A stretch of DNA of 64,000 nt from Uliginosibacterium sp. (GTDB taxonomy: Bacteria > Pseudomonadota > Gammaproteobacteria > Burkholderiales > Rhodocyclaceae): positions 197,622 through 261,621 of the forward strand of contig JADKDZ010000007.1 in assembly GCA_016718265.1 (NCBI GenBank). The letters are read 5' to 3'. The stretch's first letter is position 1. Each line of letters begins with the position of its first letter. The translations under genes and the position numbers were made by a program. Positions 52,281-60,131 of the stretch are shown in pieces. Below the pieces are notes generated by a model. It did not search any database. It saw only the letters and a program-made list of their open reading frames with translations, and had not been told where the DNA came from.

Positions 52281-53605
52281 TTAAAAGTTCAAGATCGAAA
52301 ACGTCAAGACGCCATTCTTAAATATCCAAGGATCGATAGATCTTGAGAAGTTTGCGACCGACACGGCAGAATCGTTGATGGTGACTTTAATAATCGCAAC
52401 ATACGCGGGGTTGGTGTTTGCATAAGCGATAGCTTCTTCCATAGTGAAAGCAAACTGCTTCATACCTGTCGGTCTTGGCCCCCAAGAGAATATTTTACCC
52501 GCTATGATCGACTCATACTCAGCCACTTCCACTGCTCGAAATAAGGTTACAGTTTTGCCACCTCGAGCTATCAAAGAAAGCGAGCCAAGATTCTTTTCTA
52601 TCAAACTTATAGAGCCAGCAGAAGCACCTACAGCAAGTTTATTAATGATAAGAGAGATAAGCAGCTCTTTCGCCGCACCGCTATAGTCACCCTTAAGCAG
52701 ACTAGATGTCACGCAATACGACGTAATAGCAACGTTTGCCAAAATTGCAGATATATTGACGCCCGCCATTACTCCCCAAGCGTCATCCGCCCACTCGGAT
52801 CCTGCCCGCCAATCGGATCCCCGTGCGCATACCCATACTTGTTCAACGACAAAGGCTGAGTCAGCCTCCCCGCAAACTCATCCATCGACACAAAGCGCCC
52901 AAGCTGCGGGTCGTAGTGGCGGGCGCGCAGGTTGTAGAGGCCGGTGTGGTCGGCGTATTCGCCGACGTATTGGCGGTGGATCGTGCTCAGCGCGTCGGCT
53001 GTCTGGCCAAAGGCGTCGGTGCGCTTGCCGAAGGCATCAAAGCTGAGGATTTCCTGGATGCTTTGCGCAGGGTCGGTGACGAGGCGGGTGCTGCCTTGGC
53101 CGTCGGCGTGGTAGAGCCGGGTCTGGCTGCCGCTTTGCTCGGCGATGAGCTCGCCGAGCCCGTCCGGGGTGTGGAGGTAGCGGGTCTCGCTGCTGCCGGT
53201 TTTGTCGAGTACGACTTCGGCATAAGGGCGTGCCTCGTCGATGAGGTGCAAGGTCTCGACCGTCTTGCCACCCACGGTGACACGGGTCTTGACGCGCTGA
53301 CCCTGGGCGTCGCGTTCGTACTCGGTTGTCTGGCTGCCAGTGTCGACGCGGATCAGGCGGTTGTGGCTGTCCCAGCCGTAGGTGGTGCTGTTGCCGTCGG
53401 GGGGCTTCTTGAGAAGATTGCCGTTGGCATCCCAGCTGTAGGTGGTGATCAGGCCATCGCTGTCTTCGCTGAGCAGGCGGTCATTGCTGTCGTACTGGCA
53501 GCGGGTGGTGAGGGTGCTGCCCGCTTGCGTGACCTGCCTGCTGAGGGCGGTTGCCGACGGCGTCATGGCTGTAGCGGGTGAGCCGCCCGCAGAGGCGATC
53601 TTCAC
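52281..53605 (-). pseudogene. RHS core fragment 3 fused to toxin C-terminal domain CT-C
   Basis: ORF 52769-53605 carries the RHS core end (…RHYDPQLGRFVSMDEFAGRLTQPLSLNKYGYAHGDPIGGQDPSGRMTLGE*). ORF 52281-52769 (MAGVNISAILANV...TVTLFRAVEVAEYESIIAGKIFSWGP...) is its continuation. One extra G in the run at 52774-52777 gives MTLGGVMAGVNISAILANV, parallel to FTLGGLGAASNIQSVLANI (CT-A) and MSLGGMMSGLNGSVSLALL (CT-B). Confidence 0.75.
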
Positions 53606-53935
53606 AGGGCATCGCTGTCAGCCAGTAGGCATCACCATTACATCGGTGGCAGGTTTTACTCAGAAGTCAGTATTTAGAAGACACATTTTGTGCAGACAGC
53701 ACTTGTTTACTGGCGGATAACAATTCTCACTGTCCGCTAAGTTACTGACTTCTGAGTAAGACTCTTGTTGCTAGCGGGGTGCGGCGTAGTTGGATTGTTA
53801 AAGAGCGGGATTGGTTTAGCGCACGGCAACTTGGCCCATGGCTTCAAAACGACATTGGAATTGCTTGATGCAATCCGAATTACGCTGCGATGCAGATAGT
53901 CTGGCTACTCTCTTGATGCAGAGTATCACGTACGT
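53586..53935 (-). repeat. Conserved cassette leader, copy 3 (carries a MITE-like insertion)
   Basis: Same blocks as the other leaders but more diverged (…AGTCTGGCTACTCTCTTGATGCAGAGTATCACGTACG…), interrupted at 53656-53759. Confidence 0.7.
53656..53759. mobile_element. 104-bp MITE-like element with perfect 17-bp terminal inverted repeats
   Basis: TTACTCAGAAGTCAGTA (53656-53672) and TACTGACTTCTGAGTAA (53743-53759). Absent from the three other leader copies at the equivalent point (GGCTGAAG|ACTCTTG). Confidence 0.65.
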
Positions 53936-53943
53936 AGGCTCTC

Positions 53944-54388
53944 TTAACCACGCTGTAGGCTATCGAGAAATGGAAAGCCCTTTTCCATCAGTTTTGTCAT
54001 AACAAAATCGATTGCCTCCGCCACAGAATCGGTACTAACAGGCAACCAATCAAATTCCCTGTCGCAAAGAGCATGAATCCGTACGGACCTCTTGAAGTTC
54101 ATGAGCCGTTAAAAGTCCTCCTTTGTTACCAACCAGGGGCGCTGCATAAGCTCCGGAAAGCGCTTAAGGCGAGACCATGCCAATTCAAGTGTCACTTTGT
54201 CTTCGCCCCTCTTGAGTTCGGGTGTCAAGATCAAAAAATAGCAGCAGATCTCCGTGCTCTTTTGCCATACAGTTTCTGCAGGCCAGACGTACATCGACTT
54301 AATCTTCGTTTGTACAAATTCTGGAGCGGCCTGCGTGATTTTCGTAATCCAATTCCTTAACGATTTTCAGCCGTAACTTTTTATCCAT
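53944..54388 (-). pseudogene. Immunity-position gene ImmB, apparent frameshifts
   Basis: The ATG at 54388 lies 4 nt after the CT-B stop. Pieces read MDKKLRLKIVKELDYENH / PEFVQTKIKSMYVWPAETVWQKSTEICCYFLILTPELKRGEDKVTLELAWSRLKRFPELMQRPWLVTKEDF / NFKRSVRIHALCDREFDWLPVSTDSVAEAIDFVMTKLMEKGFPFLDSLQRG. Low GC. Confidence 0.45.
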
Positions 54389-54392
54389 CTCA

Positions 54393-55994
54393 CTAAATCC
54401 CCATCAAGAAAATCCGTAGGTACTGCCCCAGCTCAACAAGTCCCTGGACATGCTTGATTGCGCCTGCCGTTTCCCCAAGCTCAGCAAGCACTAAGGCCAT
54501 CTGCGCTTCGCTCGGTGCTGCCCAGGTAAAACAGCACAACTTCTGCGCCCTTGACTTCAGCCACCGCCGTCGCTGTGCGCATTTGTCCAACCAAGCGTGT
54601 CAAAGCGCCGCCTGCCTTCCTGGGGAGTCCGTATTTCACCTCCAGATAAGACAATCGATTCCCCCGCTGTAATAAGGAAGTCGATCACCCTCCGTCCGCC
54701 AGGCCCAAACAGTTCGACGCCGCCTTCTACCACACCGCGCGATCCTACGCTACGAACAAGCACGGTCTCAACAGCTTTCTCCACAGCCACACCAAGATTT
54801 CGTAATGCTAAGCCACCTGCGGCACGCGAAAGAGCGAATCCCGCCTGAACCTGCAGCAATGCTAGGCTGACGCTTCCATTGAGGCCTGACATCATCCCGC
54901 CAAGCGACATCTGACCACTTGGATCAATGCTGTTTACAGGATCCCCATTCGCATACCCATACTTGTTCAACGACAAAGGCTGAGTCAGCCTCCCCGCAAA
55001 CTCATCCATCGACACAAAGCGCCCAAGCTGCGGGTCGTAGTGGCGGGCGCGCAGGTTGTAGAGGCCGGTGTGGTCGGCGTATTCGCCGACGTATTGGTGG
55101 TGGATCGCGCTCAGCGCGTCGGCGGACTGCCCGAAGGCGTCGCTGCGCTTGCCGAAGGCGTCAAAGCTAAGGATTTCCTGGATGCTTTGCGCGGGGTCGG
55201 TGACGAGGCGGGTGCTGCCTTGGCCGTCGGCGTGGTAGAGCCGGGTCTGGCTGCCATTTTTGCTCGGCGATGAGGTCGCCGAGTCCGTCCGGGGTGGAGG
55301 TAGCGGGTTTCGCTGCTGCCCGTTTTGTCGAGTACAACTTCGGCATAGGGGCGTGCCTCGTCGATGAGGTGCTGGGTTTCAACCGTTTTGCCGCCCGTGA
55401 CACGGGTTTTGATGCGCTGGCCCTGGGCGTCGCGTTCGTACTCGGTTTTCTGGCTGCCGGTATCGACGCGGATCAGGCGGTTGTGGCTGTCCCAGCCGTA
55501 GGTGGTGCTGTTGCCGTCGGGGCTCTGCTTCTTGAGAAAGATTGCCGTTGGCATCCCAGCTGTAGGTAGTGATCAGGCCATCGCTGTCTTCGCTGAGCAG
55601 GCGGTCGTTGCTGTCGTACTGGTAACGGGTAGTGAGGGTGCTGCCAGCTTGCGTCACCTGCTTGCTGAGGCGGTTGCCGACGGCGTCGTAGCTATAGCGG
55701 GTGAGCCGGATGTCGCCAGCTTCGTCCACCTGTTCTTCTAGCAGTTTGCCCGCCTTGTCGTACTGGTAGGCGATCTGGCGCTGGCCGCTGGCGAGCTGTT
55801 CTGTCACGGCCTGCTTGCGACCGTTGGCATCCAGCGTGTAGCTGAATTGGGCAAGCAGACTGCCGTCGGCTTTCAGATGCTCGACTTCGGTGAGCTGGTT
55901 GGCGTCGTTGTAGCGGTAGTGGCTTTGTGCGCCGCTGGCGTGGGTGATGCCGGTGCGGTTGCCGATGGCGTCGACGCGATGGGTTCTGATGAGC
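54393..55994 (-). pseudogene. RHS core fragment 4 fused to toxin C-terminal domain CT-B (frameshifts)
   Basis: The longest core fragment (LKADGSLLAQFSYTLDANGRKQAVTEQLASGQRQIAYQYDKAGKLLEEQVDEAGDIRLTRYSYDAVGNRLSKQVTQAGS...). Core end ...NKYGYANGDPVNSIDPSGQMSLGG, then CT-B ...VRSVGSRGVVEGGVELFGPGGRRVIDFLITAGESIV / YLEVKYGLPRKAGGALTRLVGQMRTATAVAEVKGAEVVLFYLGS... The D...EVK spacing resembles PD-(D/E)xK nucleases. Confidence 0.75.
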
Positions 55995-56240
55995 GCTTGC
56001 AGCGGCGACCTTCTCAGGGGGTGTCGCGGTCAGCCAAGAGGCAGCAGCATCACAGCGATGGAAGGCTGAGGCGCCTTGCTGCTGGCGGGCTTGTTAAAGA
56101 GCGGGATCGTTTTAGCGCACGGCACTTCGGTACAAAACTTTAAAAACTACTTTGGCATCTTTTTCGGCGACCCAGATTACGCTGCGATGCAGCTAATCCA
56201 GGCTACTCTCTTCTTACGGAGGACGCCGTATGCGGTATCC
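55995..56240 (-). repeat. Conserved cassette leader, copy 4
   Basis: Best-preserved uninterrupted copy. Contains ATCCAGGCT|ACTCTC (56196-56210) and the palindrome TACGGAGGACGCCGTA overlapping the ImmA stop. Confidence 0.75.
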
Positions 56241-56831
56241 ATCAGCCCCAAAAAACTCTTCTCTGGATACAGAGAAATAGAAGTCTTTCTTTTGCCCGAG
56301 CCTTTCATCACTGCTCAAGCCGAAATACGCCTTAAGGGAAGAGAGTCCTTGAGGGCTAATGCCATATTCTCGAAAATTAAACGCTTCGATAGAAGCAACA
56401 TCCATCGGTTCGCAACTCATCTCTTTGATGTCGGCGATCACAGATGGCTCTTCTGGTGCGATCAGTACTCGATCACCTTCAAACCCCAGAAACAATACGC
56501 GGATAAACGATAGCAAACGGTCGAGACTGCATGTGAGCGCACACATGTTGGCGTCCTCAAGCTCAAAGACCACGGCGAATTGTGTGACCGCTACGCTGAA
56601 CTCAGCAAAGCCGAATACATCGAAATCGAGCAGACCGTCTCCCAGAACCTCCTCTACCCGCTCTGCCAGCGACAGTGTCCTATCTGGGCGCGTCCACTCG
56701 GAAAAGCGATCTATCTGGAAGCCCTCTGCGACGAATATCTTTTCAATAACCCTTTCTGTGTCGCAAATCTCGGCCACAGAAAGGCGATGATCGATCGCGA
56801 TTTCAATTGGAATGCGGAAATTTTTATACAT
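56214..56831 (-). CDS. Immunity-position protein ImmA, intact copy (orphan)
   Basis: 205 aa from the ATG at 56831, 4 nt after the toxin-tail stop; the same relative position is used by the 48712 copy. The track ORF extends to a GTG at 56864. Acidic protein with no family recognised by eye. Low GC. Confidence 0.6.
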   Translation of the reverse strand: MYKNFRIPIEIAIDHRLSVAEICDTERVIEKIFVAEGFQIDRFSEWTRPDRTLSLAERVEEVLGDGLLDFDVFGFAEFSVAVTQFAVVFELEDANMCALTCSLDRLLSFIRVLFLGFEGDRVLIAPEEPSVIADIKEMSCEPMDVASIEAFNFREYGISPQGLSSLKAYFGLSSDERLGQKKDFYFSVSREEFFGADGYRIRRPP

Positions 56832-56835
56832 CGTA

Positions 56836-57044
56836 TTAAGGCCAGTAAACAATCGAGCCATCACCCAGGATAGCGACTATTTCAGTTGGCGAATCACCAT
56901 TTCTTTCAAGCCTAGCGATCTCGCTGTCAAGCAACTCACGAGTCAGGCCGCCAGGCCTGCCATCGATAATAAAGCGATCCGCTTGTCCTTTCTTTAGCGA
57001 TTCTCGAATGTTTTGGTACACGCCATTCTTGCCTTTCACGGTTT
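56836..57044 (-). pseudogene. 3' remnant of toxin domain CT-A (last about 67 codons)
   Basis: VKGKNGVYQNIRESLKKGQADRFIIDGRPGGLTRELLDSEIARLERNGDSPTEIVAILGDGSIVYWP. Nucleotide homology to 48714-48915 breaks at about 57044. Confidence 0.7.
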
Positions 57045-57663
57045 GCTCTCGGAGAACTGCAAATCAAGCCCAGTTCGACTGATCTCCTCGGTAACTAAAC
57101 CTACCCTGCTGTCTTCATATACTTGAGCTGCCGTTTTCAGGAATAGGCTCAGGCGTTCAATCCGTACAGCGGCTATAACGGCACTATTCTCCAAGACAAG
57201 CACAAGGGCGAGGGCAAATCGGAGCAGATGGGTGTAAGGCATAAATATGAAGTTGCGGAAACCGGATTGAACAAAATATGTGGCGCGAACTGAAGCGGCG
57301 ACTGTACTCGACACATCACCGAAGGAAGAGCCTGGAGACTAGCCGGGCGAGCGCTTCCCAGCCAAAAAACTCGCAATTGTATCTTTTCGTGAATTCGAAC
57401 CCCGCACCTCCCGACGAACGTTAAGTTTCATCGAGAGGAAAGAAGATCGTCTGGCGGCCTTGAAACTGTCAGCTGTTCGGCAGTGACTAAAATGGCTCAA
57501 GCAGACCTCTGCCATGGGCGCGCTCAAGCGCCCGCCTGAAGCGTGTTGAACGAAGCCGCTCCGCGGAGGATTCGCGTGTTGCTGCGGGCCGAAATATCCT
57601 GCACGTCCATCCCCCTCGTGTGTGAGGGGGTGATTGTGCAATATTTCGCGAGGACCTTCCATC

Positions 57664-58608
57664 ATGCAAAGCGACTTCCCTGAGCCATTTGCCCAGCAGT
57701 ACCAGAAGCATCTCAAACATCTTCGCCTGCAGGGGCTGCAACCCAAGACCATTGACGCGTATGCACGTGCGATTCGTTGCCTGGGCGCGCACTTCTCGTT
57801 TCGGATTGATGACTTGTCCGAGGCCCAACTGCTGGACTATTTCAGCGCACGTCTGGCCTCACATTCGTGGAGTGCGGTCAAACTCGATCTGTACGGCTTG
57901 AAGTTCTACACCGAGCACGTCTTGCGCAAACCTTGGGTCATGCCCCGGCTGATCAAGCCGCCGAAGTGCGTGCGCCTGCCGGACATCGTGACGGTCGAGG
58001 AAGTACAGCGGATCGTGGCGGCGACACGGGTGCTGAGCTACCGCGTGTTCTTCTTCACCTCTACAGCCTGGGGCTGCGTCTGGGGGAGGGGCTGCGCCTT
58101 GAGGTGGGGGACCTTGATGCAGTGCGTGCCCGCGTGCATATCCGGGACGCCAAGGGCAACCGGGATCGCCTGGTGCCACTGCCCACGGCGACGCTCGATC
58201 TGTTGCGCAGTTTCTGGCAAACCCATCGCAATCCGGTGTTGTTGTTCCCCAACCGTCACGGCGGTTTGTCGGGTGCGCACACGGCGGCAACACCACTTGA
58301 TCGCGGAGGCGTGCAGATCAGCTTGCGCAAGTGGTGGCCGCCTGCGGCCTAAAAAGATCTCGCCCCACAGCCTGCGTCACAGCTATGCCACGCACTTGAT
58401 CGAAGCGGGTGTCGATCTGATCGAAGTGCAGAAGATCCTCGGCCACCACAGCATCCTCACCACGGCGCGCTACACCCACCTGACCGATCAGACCAAGCAC
58501 CACGCCATCGACCGCATCAACAGCTTGATGGATGGTTTTACGGTGCGCTGGGGACGGTGCAGGAGCGCTCGCAATGATCCGTCTGGCCTCTGTCATCGAA
58601 ACCTTTGA
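57664..58608 (+). pseudogene. Tyrosine recombinase (phage-integrase family), three frameshifts
   Basis: N-terminal SAM-like domain ([23 protein letters not shown]). The catalytic region is readable only by switching frames ([20 protein letters not shown]...[14 protein letters not shown]...; ...[42 protein letters not shown]). Switches at CC 58058-58059, G 58331 and A5 58351-58355. Confidence 0.8.
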
Positions 58609-59699
58609 AGCCGACTTTCTGGCCCGCTACGGGGACGCATCCGTCGCGAACACTTGCAGGCACTTTCTGCGATCAAGCAGTGCCGCACCCAGGCCAGCCC
58701 GAAGATGCTGAGCCGCTGCACGGACACAGGCTGTGCGCACCAGAAACTCGTCCCGCATTCCTGTGGCCATCGTCACTGCCCGCACTGTCAGCATCATGAG
58801 GAGCCAGCAATGGCTTGAGCGTCAGCTCAAGCGCCAACTGCCCGCCGAGTACTTTCTGCTGACCTTTACCGTACCGGCCCAGTTCAGAGCACTGACCGCT
58901 GCAGCGCCAGCGCTGATCTACGATCTGCTCCTCACGTGTAGCTGGGAGACGGTACGAACCTTTGCCCGCAACGACAAGCAGCTACGCGGTGAGAGCGGCG
59001 CCATTGCCGTGCTGCACACGCATACGCGCCGACTCGACTATCACCCGCATGCATCTGGTAATGCCCGCTGGCGCTATTGATCAGCGCACTCGGCAATGGC
59101 GCACCAAGCCCAAGCGGAAGAAGGCCGCTGGCGCTTACCTGTTCAATCACAAGGCGCTCGCCAAAGTGTTTCGGGCCAAGCTCTTGGCAGCCCTCGAAGC
59201 CGCTGGCTTGCACTTGCCCCCGGCGTATCCCGCGGACTGGGTGGTCGACTGCAAATCGGTGGGCAATGGCCAATCGGCGCTGGTCTATCTGGGGCGCTAT
59301 CTCTATCGGGGGGTGATCCGCGAGCAGGACATTGTCGTCTGTGCCGATGGCAAGGTCACTTTCCGCTATCGCGATGCCCAAAGCGGCAAGATGATGCTGC
59401 GCACGGTGAGCGGGCCGGAGTTTCTGTGGCTTGTCTTGCAGCACGTCTTGCCCAAGGGCTTTCGACGAGCGCGCAATTTCGGCTTTCTGCATCCGAACTG
59501 CAAACACTTGATCGCCTTGCTGCATCTGTTGCTCAAATTCATCCCGACGCTGGCGAGTGACTGCGTCAAGCCCCGTCCTGCGGTGCGGTGCCCGTGTTGT
59601 GGGGCGGCGATGAAGATCGTCAAGACACGTATCCCGGCATCGGGGCCACCACGAACACCGCCGCCCGTGCACACCGCGAGGGCAACAAGCGCCCGGTAA
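58574..59699 (+). pseudogene. IS91-family HUH (Y2) rolling-circle transposase, at least 3 frameshifts
   Basis: N-terminal zinc-binding region (CGHRHCPHCQHHE) in one frame, HUH region VLHTHTRRLDYHPH in another, Y2 region YLGRYLYRGVI and the C-terminal CPCCG zinc ribbon in a third. One switch (HPH|HLVMPAG) is not a homopolymer event. Confidence 0.8.
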
Positions 59700-59977
59700 A
59701 ACACTGCGCATCCTCACAACACACTCGGCATTCAGCACTTCCCCAGGCTGAGCATGGCGTACGTCTGAAAACAGGCTAAAACCGGCAAGCCGAGGCCCAA
59801 AACCCGGCTTTGCCGGCACGTGCGGCCCATGCAAAACATCCGCCCGCCACACGCTTCATGGCGAAGGCATTCTGGCGGCCATTTCCAAAAGAGATATTTT
59901 CTGGGAGCCAGAAAACGGCTCAGGGACCGGGCTTGTTCAACAAACGGATCAGATCGTGGCTGCGCACGATCTATCCT

Positions 59978-60025
59978 TATTCGTTAGCTATTTATATCGA
60001 CAGCCATAAACTGCGCTCATTCCTT
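59978..60025 (+). repeat. 48-nt AT-rich element, copy 2 (about 280 nt downstream of the IS91 transposase stop)
   Basis: TATTCGTTAGCTATTTATATCGACAGCCATAAACTGCGCTCATTCCTT. See copy 1 at 47304-47349. Confidence 0.85.
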
Positions 60026-60131
60026 ATAACGCAGCGTGCGCATGGCCGTGTTCGGTCCACCGCTCAGGGGTTGGCGGGCTTCAAACTGAGGCCGGGTAAC
60101 TCGCTGCTGTACTTGCTTCAGGAATCTGACC

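Larger units (their letters stand above)
57634..60025 (+). mobile_element. IS91-family element carrying an upstream tyrosine recombinase; both genes decayed; left boundary not defined
   Basis: The integrase and HUH-Y2 transposase ORFs overlap by ATG/stop coupling. An 8-bp hairpin AGATCGTG-N6-CACGATCT sits at 59951-59972, and an AT-rich 48-nt block at 59978-60025 lies downstream of the transposase. Ends inferred, not proven. Confidence 0.6.

Noticed and set aside
53713-53725. 13-nt identity to the lac operator core (GCGGATAACAATT) inside the MITE-like element; considered as vector contamination or a LacI-family site.
   Set aside because: The flanks do not continue the lacO palindrome or any vector sequence that I recognise. 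A single half-site-length match is most simply coincidence.
57036-57314. 92-aa minus-strand ORF directly upstream of the CT-A stub; considered as the N-terminal part of a hybrid toxin.
   Set aside because: It ends in a stop codon overlapping the CT-A frame and is out of frame with it. It has no RHS or toxin features. I left it as unassigned junction sequence.
57391-57404. GGGGTTCGAATTC on the minus strand, resembling a tRNA or tmRNA T-loop; considered as an attachment-site remnant next to the integrase.
   Set aside because: No complementary T-stem, acceptor stem or CCA context could be built around it.
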